DNA of 17,822 nucleotides from a bacterium (GTDB lineage: Bacteria; Hinthialibacterota; Hinthialibacteria; Hinthialibacterales; Hinthialibacteraceae): contig JBHGBC010000126.1 in assembly GCA_041946805.1 (NCBI GenBank), positions 1 to 17,822 on the forward strand, given 5' to 3'. The notes beneath the pieces are model-generated. The model saw only the letters and a program-made list of their open reading frames with translations. It was not told where the DNA came from and did no database searches. Shown here one piece after another: positions 1 to 7,551 of this stretch (position 1 is its first letter; the number at the start of each line of letters is the position of its first letter). Made by a program: the position numbers and the translations under genes.

Positions 1-106
1 GCCCAGCGAGAGGGACGTAGGGGCCATTCTCTCCAGACGGTTTGATGGAATAGCATAGCGAACTAAAAAGAAAAGTACGCACTTACCGGATGAGCCAAAA
101 ATAAGT

Positions 107-163
107 CATTATTTATCAAGATATTGAGTGTGATTTTGCATGATTTTGGTTCATGGAAGCAGG
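107..163 (+). repeat. Left copy of a ~57-bp inverted repeat (probable IS/MITE terminal region); partner at 17766-17822
   Basis: CATTATTTATCAAGatattgagtgtGATTTTgcatGATTTTGGTTCAtGGAAGCAGG aligns with the reverse complement of 17766-17822 (CATTATTTATCAAGgtgttgagagGATTTTactagGATTTTGGTTCAcGGAAGCAGG). Similarity stops abruptly after ...GCAGG. Confidence 0.85.
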
Positions 164-708
164 ATTCTGTATCTCCTCATTGCCACCATTATGACTTTAT
201 TGGTTGGACGAACGGATTTGTGGGTGGATACCCACAACCTTCCTCGAAAGGAACCATCGTTGGCTATCCATGGCTGGCCTTTGTTTCATTAGGAAGGATG
301 TGACTCATCCGCAGCCGGCTAAGGCCTTCTCGGCAAGAAGTGGCCGAAGGGATCGTCTGACAACGGGCCGGTGGAGACGGTGTAGTGGCCGTATTGGAGG
401 ATGTCCGTCCGGCGCCTCACTCAGGTCCATGCCATTCCCACAAGCAGGCGGATGATGCCGGCCTGGGGAATCCCCGATTCGCGCACCCTGCCAGTGAAAA
501 GCGATTGTGTGACACATCGCAGGCTGCGTGATATACTGGTGCATTGTTTTGGCCGCCCCGGTCAGGTCAGGGACGGTTTTATTCCCGGTTAACCCCGGAA
601 CCATGAAACCTGGCCGATTTTTCTGGCTTGTCCGGTTCGTGTATACTGTTTATTCAAAAGGATTGGTCGGCATCCAAGCCGGCTGATCGGAGAGATCCAC
701 CCCTAATC

Positions 709-773
709 CTCTCTCCCCTAGGGAAAGAGTCTGGGTGAGGGAATGAAGGAGGGGTGGGTTTTTGTGTCCGCCC
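709..773 (-). repeat. Degenerate, inverted copy of the composite REP-like element (modules D and C)
   Basis: 709-741 is the reverse complement of module D (CCCTCACCC..CCCTCTCCC-NNN-GGGAGAGGG). After a 6-nt spacer, 748-773 matches GTAGGGGCGGACCTAGGTGTCCGCCC at 19/26 positions. Confidence 0.75.
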
Positions 774-959
774 GAATATAGGAAGTGGAAGTCATCCGCG
801 CTTCACAACAAGTACTCAGTTACCGGAAGAACAATTTGAAATCGTTACATCCGAACCACATGGATGAAGTTTCTATATATAAATATTCCTGTATTATACA
901 TGGATGGATTTCTTCTGACACGTTTTTTGTACTTTTTTGTCTACTAATGAAAACTTATA

Positions 960-987
960 TTGCATTCTGGCGCCCAGGTCTTATAAT
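960..987 (+). promoter_or_regulatory. Putative sigma70 promoter of the beta-helix gene
   Basis: TTGCAT (960-965), 16-nt spacer, TATAAT (982-987), in an AT-rich region about 40 nt upstream of the CDS. Confidence 0.5.
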
Positions 988-1027
988 TCGTGATAACACT
1001 CCATGAAAGGATCGTTCAATCGTAAAA

Positions 1028-2737
1028 GTGATCATGAGGCTGTTCTACGTTTCATGCATGGCGTTGCTTCTCGTTGGAAAGGGGTACGGATTGGAATTTT
1101 ATGTGGATCAAGTCCACGGTTCCGACACGTACGACGGGCTGACCGTTTGGAGTCCCTGGAAATCGTTGGATAAAATCCGGACCACCGTCTTCGCGCCCGG
1201 CGATATCATCAAGCTGCGCCGCGGGCAGGTTTGGCGCGAGACGATGATCATGAAAAGTTCCGGCGCGCCCGGCCGGCCGGTGACCGTCCGCGCGTACGGG
1301 GACGGCCCGGATCCGGTACTCAACGGAGCGGTGGCCCCCGCGCCGGACCAATGGTCCTCCTACGCTCCGGGAATCTACCGCACGGCCTGCAATTGGGTCC
1401 CCCTGCAGGTATTCGAGGACGACCAGCGGTTGTTGGAAGTGAAGTGGAAAGGCACGATCGAAAGCACACGGCCGCTGCTGACGCCGGGATCCTGGACCCA
1501 GGACAAAACCAACCGGCTCCTGTACGTGAACACCTCCACGGGCGCGGGGCCCGAGACCCACTTTCTGGAGATTTCCAAACTCGACAACGGGATCTACAAC
1601 GGTGTGGGCGCGGGTAACCGGTATACCCACTACGAAAACATCCTGGTGGAGAAATGCAACCAGAACGGCATCTACACAGGCAAGGGCAGCGCGGCGGTGA
1701 TCAAGGATTGCACGGTCCGCTTAAACGCGAAAAACGGCATCTTGATCTCGTCCTCGGACACCACCATCTTGGGATGCGTGGCCCATGACAACCGCACGGG
1801 CTTCACCGCCTACACGAACGAGTCGATGTCCAATCTGCAGGTGCTCAATTCATGCGTCTATGGCAATCACTTCTGGGTGGACGGCGATGGCATCCGGATG
1901 GAGAACCTGAACGGCGCGTTGATCGAAAACTGCCATATCTACAATCATGATAACGGCGGACACGCAGACAATATTCAATGCGCGGGGGGCTCGGTCAACG
2001 TCACGATCCAGAATTGCATCATCGAGAACGGACGGGGGATTGCCATCACCAATCAGGCGGGACCGGTATCCATTTCCCAAAACCTGTTCCAGACGGATCA
2101 GAATGGGACCTTCGTGGGCGTCACCATCGCGAAGGACGGCCTGGGCGGACGGGCCGAGATCATCGAAAATTCCTTCAACCATTTTCTGAACGGAATCATC
2201 ATCGGACACGCGCACGCCGATGGATTGCTGGTGGAAGACAACACCTTCAACGTCGCGCCCAATACGGCCGTGTTGAAACTCTCCAGCGCCGATTCCGGTC
2301 CGGTGTACCTGAACCGGAACTCGTATTGCAGCAACGGCGATGTCATTATCTGGGACGACCGGCGGTATACCCTGTCCACATTCGCTCTGTTCCAAAGTGA
2401 GACCGGACAGGATCCCAATTCGGAATTATTGGGCACCACCATCGAGTATACGGAGATTCCCATTAACACCGTCGTGGTCCCCACGGCGGCCAAGGCCGCC
2501 GAACGGCAGGCCAAAATCAACCAGCAGAACGCGGTTGGGGATAGGCCCGCAGAGGAAAATGCCGGCCTGCGCGCCACGAATTACAACTGGATGCCTGGAC
2601 CGGACGCCGGGAGCCCCGCGTATGAGAACGGCGCCGAACCGGACAACGCCACGGGATTGATTCCGGATGATCCCCTGGAGCCCCAGGACAGCGAAACCCA
2701 GTCCGGCCTGCCGGAGGCGTATTCCATCTATTACTAA
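1028..2737 (+). CDS. Secreted right-handed parallel beta-helix protein (pectate lyase-like fold), possible polysaccharide-active enzyme
   Basis: 569-aa ORF (start GTG 1028 or ATG 1034) with a signal peptide. N-terminal YVD..GSD..DG....PWKSL....FAPGD.I.L.RG.VWRE motif, many 'I.NC.I..N...GI' beta-helix rungs, and an acidic/Pro-rich tail with a GSPAYENG motif. Confidence 0.85.
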   Translation: MIMRLFYVSCMALLLVGKGYGLEFYVDQVHGSDTYDGLTVWSPWKSLDKIRTTVFAPGDIIKLRRGQVWRETMIMKSSGAPGRPVTVRAYGDGPDPVLNGAVAPAPDQWSSYAPGIYRTACNWVPLQVFEDDQRLLEVKWKGTIESTRPLLTPGSWTQDKTNRLLYVNTSTGAGPETHFLEISKLDNGIYNGVGAGNRYTHYENILVEKCNQNGIYTGKGSAAVIKDCTVRLNAKNGILISSSDTTILGCVAHDNRTGFTAYTNESMSNLQVLNSCVYGNHFWVDGDGIRMENLNGALIENCHIYNHDNGGHADNIQCAGGSVNVTIQNCIIENGRGIAITNQAGPVSISQNLFQTDQNGTFVGVTIAKDGLGGRAEIIENSFNHFLNGIIIGHAHADGLLVEDNTFNVAPNTAVLKLSSADSGPVYLNRNSYCSNGDVIIWDDRRYTLSTFALFQSETGQDPNSELLGTTIEYTEIPINTVVVPTAAKAAERQAKINQQNAVGDRPAEENAGLRATNYNWMPGPDAGSPAYENGAEPDNATGLIPDDPLEPQDSETQSGLPEAYSIYY

Positions 2738-2799
2738 TAAGCATTCCGCTTTCCCTCCCCCCTTGCGGGACGGTCCATGGCCTGGAGAATCGTGTATAA

Positions 2800-3183
2800 T
2801 TGAGCCGTCTGCGCGCCAGCGGTCATACGGATTTCTCCGATACCGGACGGAAGATCGTGGATCGACTCCTGCCTCCCGCCGTGCTCGAACTGAAAAAGCG
2901 GCTGCAAGCCCAATATCCCGGCCGCCTGGCCCGCTGTGTGCTTTTCGGCTCGCGCGCCCGGGGCGATCACGCTCCCGATTCGGATATTGACGTGCTGGTG
3001 ACATTGCATGGCCCCGTCGATTGGAAGACGGAAAAGGATATTTGGAGCCTGGCCTATGCGCTCGATTTGGAGTTCGAGGTCCTGCTGGATGTCCAGGTTT
3101 TGTCTGAAGAGGATCTTCAGAACAGGATATTGGGGGCGATTCCCTTGATGGAGAATGTGGAAAAAGATGGAGTGCCGGTATGA
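2800..3183 (+). CDS. Minimal nucleotidyltransferase (MNT; MntA-like antitoxin)
   Basis: LFGSRARGDHAPDSDIDVLV is the Pol-beta superfamily GS-x10-DxD motif. Small size, directly upstream of a HEPN gene. The true start may be GTG 2857, since TATAAT at 2795-2800 overlaps the TTG start. Confidence 0.9.
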   Translation: MSRLRASGHTDFSDTGRKIVDRLLPPAVLELKKRLQAQYPGRLARCVLFGSRARGDHAPDSDIDVLVTLHGPVDWKTEKDIWSLAYALDLEFEVLLDVQVLSEEDLQNRILGAIPLMENVEKDGVPV

Positions 3184-3622
3184 AACCGGAGGAACGCCGC
3201 GCGATATGTTCCCATCGCCTGGGAAACGCCTTTCAGACCTGGGAAACGCCTTTCAGACCTGGGAAGACGCGAAATACCTGTTCGAAAACAAACGCCTGAT
3301 CAGCGCCATGAACGGGATTTATTATTCCATGTTTTACGCGGTCAACGCCTTGGCTCTGGCCCTGGATTTCAAAACGTCCAAACACTCATCATTAATTAGT
3401 TGGTTCAGTAAAACCATTATCCAACCTGGACTTCTCTCACAAGAAATTGGGGAAATCTATAAAAATGCGTTCGACTTGCGCCATAAAGGGGATTACCACG
3501 ATTTTGCCCAACTGGACCAGGAAGAAGTCCTTCGTTTATTGGAACAAACCCGGCCGTTAATCGAAACAATCCAGCGGTTGACACACTCGGTATTGGATCA
3601 AAACCAGCCTTCAGTCCAATAA
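3180..3622 (+). pseudogene. HEPN domain protein (UPF0332-like), frameshifted by a 20-bp tandem duplication
   Basis: ATG 3180 overlaps the MNT stop (ATGA) and reads MKPEERRAICSHRLGNAFQTWE, then goes out of frame and stops at TGA 3297-3299. The rest (DAKYLFENKRLISAMNGIYYSMFYAV...KTSKHSSLISWF...AFDLRHKGDY) is in another frame, ending at 3622. Removing one 20-nt unit gives an intact 140-aa HEPN protein. Confidence 0.85.
3218..3265 (+). repeat. Perfect tandem repeat: 2 x 20 bp plus an 8-bp partial copy
   Basis: CCTGGGAAACGCCTTTCAGA at 3218-3237 and 3238-3257, then CCTGGGAA at 3258-3265. Confidence 0.97.
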
Positions 3623-3678
3623 AATCCGCCAGTTTCCCTGCCGCCGTTCCCGTTTTTACATCGTCGTTTCTGGATAGA

Positions 3679-4269
3679 ATGCCGCCCATGCGAAATCTGT
3701 TGCGAAGAGTGACACAGAAAATCCGCCGCCGAATATTCCCGGACCGGCTGCGGCCGGATCCCCGGCTGCATCCCGGGGAGGTGGAAGCCCAGACGCGGTA
3801 TGGGACCTTCTTGCCCCTGCAAGGCAAAATCGGATCGATCATCAAGACCCGGTTCGAGCCGGATTACGCGGAATTCGTGCGCCGGCAGCGGTTCTTTTTC
3901 GTGGCCACCGCCGACGCGCGCGGCCGGTGTGACTGCGCGTTCCGGGGCATCGACGAAAAGGCCGAGGAAGCCGGGTATCCCGCGCTGATCATTGAAGACG
4001 AAACCACGCTCCTCTTTCCGGATTATCCGGGGAACGGGCTTTTTCAATCGTTGGGGAATATGCTGACCAATCCCCATATCGGGATGTTGTTCATCGATTT
4101 CACCACCCGGCAGCGGGTCCGCGTCAACGGCCGGTCGGAAATTCTGGAGGACGAGGCGGAAGCCCGGGCCCGGTTCGGCCCGCCCGCCCGTCGGATGGTG
4201 CGCGTGCGCGTGGAGGAAATCCTGGCCAACTGTCCGCGGCGGATACCGGCGCTCGAAACTTCCGGGTGA
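3679..4269 (+). CDS. Pyridoxamine 5'-phosphate oxidase family (FMN-binding split-barrel) protein
   Basis: Characteristic motifs HPGEVEAQTRYG, FFFVATADARGRCDCAFRG, LLFPDYPGNGLFQSLGNMLTNPHIGMLFIDF, RVRVNGR and NCPRRIP. Confidence 0.88.
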   Translation: MPPMRNLLRRVTQKIRRRIFPDRLRPDPRLHPGEVEAQTRYGTFLPLQGKIGSIIKTRFEPDYAEFVRRQRFFFVATADARGRCDCAFRGIDEKAEEAGYPALIIEDETTLLFPDYPGNGLFQSLGNMLTNPHIGMLFIDFTTRQRVRVNGRSEILEDEAEARARFGPPARRMVRVRVEEILANCPRRIPALETSG

Positions 4270-4410
4270 TGGCTCTTCCCTGATACATGCCGCAGTGATA
4301 AAAATTGCGGAAAAGGCGAAAGGATGATAATATTGTGGAAGGGTGACGATTTTTGGTTCCGCATCGTATCGGTTTATACATAAAATTTTGTAAGATATAG
4401 GAGTCAAATC

Positions 4411-5409
4411 ATGAAAGGTTGGATGGTTGTTGGCTTGTCCGCGATGGCCGCGGTTGGATGCGTGGTTCCCGCCTGGTCCCAGCCCAAGATTGAATTCGAT
4501 ACGCGGAGCGTCGATTTCGGTACCGCCTATCCCAACGAGCAGTTGCATCACGATTTCATTTTTTGGAACAAGGGCAATCAAACCCTGGAGATCACCAAGG
4601 TGTCCAAGACCTGCGGATGCACGGCGCCGGTGCTTTCGGCGACCAGCGTGCTGCCCAGCGCCTCGGCCATCGTGTCCGTGACCATGCGGACGTCCGCGCC
4701 GGTCAAGAAGAGCGAGCGGGTGATACTGGACACCAACGATCCCGAAAATCCCCAGGTCCAGCTCGCCCTGGAAGCCGACGTGAAAACCTTGTGGAATTTT
4801 ACGCCGAAGACCTCGTTTTTGTTCAACAGCGTACCCTTCGATTCCGAACAAACGATGGAAATTTACATGAAGAGCATCGACAATGCGCCGTTCAAAATCC
4901 TCGCGACCAAGGTCAATTTTCCGGAACTGACGGTGAAGACCGGCGAGTCCACGGCGGATGGAATTCCCATCCAGGTGACGGTGAAGTCCGGCAAGGAGAA
5001 GAAAATCATCAACGATCAGTTGATGATCGAGACGGACAATCCCAAGCAAAAGGTCGTGAACATGTCGGTGTTCGCGCGGATTGTGGGGGTCATTGAATTC
5101 AGCCGCAACCGGGTTTTCTTCGGTTCCGTCAATTCTGGCGAATCCAAGAGCATCGAGGTCACCGCTTCGCTTCCCAACCCGGCGGGCGCTCCCGATCTGC
5201 AATTCACCCAAATCAGTTCGGATTCGGAGGCCGTCACCGCCCAGGTGACCGGTAAAACCCCCGAAGGCAAATTGCGCGTCCAGTTGAATTTCACCGCGCC
5301 GCAACAACCGGGCTACATCAGCGGGAACATCACCTTCAAGACCAATAACCCGGCCGAGCCGGAAACCACTCTGCCGTTTTCCGCCCTGGTGCGCGGCGCC
5401 CGCAGTTAA
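4411..5409 (+). CDS. Secreted DUF1573-like / Ig-fold repeat protein with a CGC motif
   Basis: AGGAG RBS and a signal peptide. VDFG...HDFIFWNKGNQTLEITKVSKTCGCTAP is the DUF1573 signature. Three tandem beta-sandwich modules each end in TN(D/N)P-like motifs. Confidence 0.85.
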   Translation: MKGWMVVGLSAMAAVGCVVPAWSQPKIEFDTRSVDFGTAYPNEQLHHDFIFWNKGNQTLEITKVSKTCGCTAPVLSATSVLPSASAIVSVTMRTSAPVKKSERVILDTNDPENPQVQLALEADVKTLWNFTPKTSFLFNSVPFDSEQTMEIYMKSIDNAPFKILATKVNFPELTVKTGESTADGIPIQVTVKSGKEKKIINDQLMIETDNPKQKVVNMSVFARIVGVIEFSRNRVFFGSVNSGESKSIEVTASLPNPAGAPDLQFTQISSDSEAVTAQVTGKTPEGKLRVQLNFTAPQQPGYISGNITFKTNNPAEPETTLPFSALVRGARS

Positions 5410-5427
5410 ACGAGGCCGGATCGAACG

Positions 5428-5937
5428 ATGAAACGGCTTTCCACGGAAGGTTTCATGAAAAAAGCCGTGCGGCAAGTTTTTTTTATTTGTCTGGCCGGAA
5501 TGGCGGCCGGTTTTTCAATCAACGCCGCGTCACGAAATCCTTTGCCGTTTTGGCGGATTCCCGTCAACCAGGCGGAGAAATGGCCGGTGCTGGACGCGGA
5601 TGAAGTCATGCGGCGGATCGATGAGGGTTCGGCCATCGTGCTCGACGCGCGGGAAGCCAAGGAATACCAACTCGGCCACTTGCCCGGTGCGATCAATCTG
5701 CCCGTGACGGACTTTGACGCCGTGTATGGCGAAATCGGCGAAAGCCTGCCGCGGGATTACCCGATCATCGTCTATTGCCAGGGAGGGCCGTGCGAGGAAA
5801 GCCACCAGCTGCTGGACCTTTTAAGCCTGCGCGAATTCCAGGATCTGTACCTTTACCCGGGTGGATGGCTGGAATGGAAAGAACGCGGCCTGCCCGTGGA
5901 AACATCGGATACTGAGCAAACATCCGGGCCGCGATGA
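5428..5937 (+). CDS. Membrane-anchored rhodanese-like domain protein
   Basis: VLDARE..EYQLGHLPGAINLP, active-site loop IIVYCQGGPCEES and YPGGWLEW. N-terminal hydrophobic segment. Alternative start ATG 5455. Confidence 0.9.
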   Translation: MKRLSTEGFMKKAVRQVFFICLAGMAAGFSINAASRNPLPFWRIPVNQAEKWPVLDADEVMRRIDEGSAIVLDAREAKEYQLGHLPGAINLPVTDFDAVYGEIGESLPRDYPIIVYCQGGPCEESHQLLDLLSLREFQDLYLYPGGWLEWKERGLPVETSDTEQTSGPR

Positions 5938-5950
5938 GGAGAGGACACGC

Positions 5951-6478
5951 GTGACCGAAAGACCAGCGGGAACTCTGGGAGGCCAACTCATCCGGGGGAT
6001 ATATCATCCCGCCACGCTGCTCGCTGTACGGATTTTTTTGGGCGTGATTTTGATGTACGCGGGCTGGCTCAAACTATTCGACATGACGGGAATGGCCCAG
6101 AGCATCGAGAATTTCCGGATTGTCCCCATCCCCCTGGTGAATCTCTTCGCGATGGTCCTTCCCCCGGTGGAGGTGATCACGGGTCTGTGCTTGATTTTGG
6201 GGATCGCCATGGAGGGCGCGCTGGCCATCACCACGGCCCTGTTCGCCGTGTTTACCGTGGCGATTCAATCGGCCATTTGGCGGGGATTGGACATCGAATG
6301 CGGGTGTTTCGGCACCTCGGACGCCGAAGTGGTGGGGGCCCAAGTACTGGTGAGGGATATTTTGCTGCTGTTCCTGACGTTGCTGCTGTGGATGGGCCGC
6401 CGGCGTGGATCCGCTTCCCCGGCGGGCTCCGAAACGGAGGCCGAGGGACTGCCGGCCCCGTCAGGCCCGGAGATTTAA
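5951..6478 (+). CDS. MauE/DoxX family membrane protein
   Basis: RIFLGVILMYAGWLKL, LPPVEVITGLCLILG, WRGLDIECGCFG and VRD motifs, with about 4 TM helices. GTG 5951 follows GAGGAGAGGA; the ORF-track start at 5861 overlaps the rhodanese gene. Confidence 0.88.
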   Translation: MTERPAGTLGGQLIRGIYHPATLLAVRIFLGVILMYAGWLKLFDMTGMAQSIENFRIVPIPLVNLFAMVLPPVEVITGLCLILGIAMEGALAITTALFAVFTVAIQSAIWRGLDIECGCFGTSDAEVVGAQVLVRDILLLFLTLLLWMGRRRGSASPAGSETEAEGLPAPSGPEI

Positions 6479-6952
6479 GCCGGCCCGGAGGACGGGCCCA
6501 TGCGCCTTGGTCCCCCCGGAAGTATAAAGCCCGCTCTCTTCCGGTTGGATCAATCCGGCGATCTCCTGGTTCACTATTTCAAGCGTTTTCCTCAAGAGGA
6601 GGGAGTTGGATTGATTGACGGCCTTGATTTCCCGCGCGAGGATTTTTAGCCGCTCTCCGGTTTTCTCCAGTTCGATCCGGTTTTCCGGCGGTTGTACATC
6701 CAGCAGACGCTTGAGGATCACCGGCCGGCCGCCGACGCCTAGTTTCTCCGCCAACGCTTCGGTCAATTCCACCCGTTTTTCTTCCAGATTCCGGGCCTGT
6801 TCGGCCAGGAGGCTGATTTTTTCCGTGTTTTTCAGCAGAGCGGCGGGACGGGCGGTAACGATCAGTTTTTGTTCCTCACGTTTGGCCAACAGCAGTTTTT
6901 CATGAACTTTTTGTTCTTCGCGCAAAAGTGTGATCAGGGCTTTGAAACTCAT
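6461..6952 (-). CDS. flgN: Flagellar export chaperone FlgN
   Basis: 163-aa coiled-coil protein (LLREE...LL..KREEQ.LI; LEEKR; EIKAVNQSNSLLL; Y..GG tail). Translationally coupled to flgJ by the overlap at 6949-6952. Confidence 0.75.
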   Translation of the reverse strand: MSFKALITLLREEQKVHEKLLLAKREEQKLIVTARPAALLKNTEKISLLAEQARNLEEKRVELTEALAEKLGVGGRPVILKRLLDVQPPENRIELEKTGERLKILAREIKAVNQSNSLLLRKTLEIVNQEIAGLIQPEESGLYTSGGTKAHGPVLRAGLNLRA

Positions 6953-7533
6953 GGCGCCAACCTCGTGGAGGACTCGATCCGGCTAGCCGATACCCGGGGA
7001 TGGCCATTCAAGGGTATGAAAGGAAGTGGCTCTTGAGGCAAATCCATCATCCGGGAGGAGGACCGCAGTTCCAGAAATTTCTCCGTGTCCGGGGCCAGGG
7101 GAATGAACCGCGGGCCGGTTTCGGCGGGAGCAGTGGTCCCGGCTGGGGCGCGTTGGTTCGCGTTTTGGGTTTGCAGTTCACCGGGCGAGACGATTTTTTC
7201 GTTCTTGGCTTTCAATTCCTCGTAAATCAGACGGTCCAGGCCGAGTTCGTTGGTTTCGGCGAGTTGCCGGGCGAGGTGGTCATCAACTATCTCCATGTAC
7301 ATTTCGGTGGAGAAGGATTGCTCGATGTATCCCTCGTGCGGCACGGTTTTACGCATTTCCTTGAGGAGCTGGCGCATGACCAGGGTTTCGAACTCGCCGG
7401 CGATGGCGCGCATCTGGCGGTCGTCCATTTTTGAGGCACGGCCGGACAGCGTTTTCACGCGCAGCGATTCGATTTGCCCCTCGAGGGGAGAGGCCGCCGC
7501 CGCGCTGGAAGGCAGGGTGAGAAAATCATCCAT
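6949..7533 (-). CDS. flgJ: Flagellar rod-binding protein FlgJ (N-terminal domain only, no muramidase)
   Basis: EFETLVMRQLLKEMRKTV...EMYMEIVDDHLARQLA...LGL...IYEEL is the rod-binding domain. Directly follows flgI. Confidence 0.85.
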   Translation of the reverse strand: MDDFLTLPSSAAAASPLEGQIESLRVKTLSGRASKMDDRQMRAIAGEFETLVMRQLLKEMRKTVPHEGYIEQSFSTEMYMEIVDDHLARQLAETNELGLDRLIYEELKAKNEKIVSPGELQTQNANQRAPAGTTAPAETGPRFIPLAPDTEKFLELRSSSRMMDLPQEPLPFIPLNGHPRVSASRIESSTRLAP

Positions 7534-7551
7534 GAGCAGCTTATCTCCTCG

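Noticed and set aside
555..580. SRP RNA-like GGTCAGGTC motif
   Set aside because: Lacks the following GNRA loop and GAAGCAGC helix-8 partner.
204..1006. Short ORFs 204-455, 305-604, 401-592 and 785-1006
   Set aside because: No motifs or convincing RBS, the first three overlap one another, and 785-1006 spans an AT-rich promoter region.
2751..2785. Possible highly degenerate inverted module D between the beta-helix and MNT genes
   Set aside because: Only the CCCTCCCCCCTTGCGGGA part resembles it, which is too little to call.
3155..3205. ORF-track N-terminus MWKKMECRYETGG… for the HEPN gene
   Set aside because: An artefact of the 20-bp duplication. The HEPN-like N-terminus lies in the frame starting at ATG 3180.
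3598..5475. 625-aa minus-strand ORF
   Set aside because: Antisense shadow of the well-supported PNPOx and DUF1573 genes. No motifs, and long shadow ORFs are expected in GC-rich DNA.
4600..6310. Selenocysteine recoding in the Cys-motif operon
   Set aside because: All motif positions are ordinary Cys codons, with no in-frame TGA within the domains.
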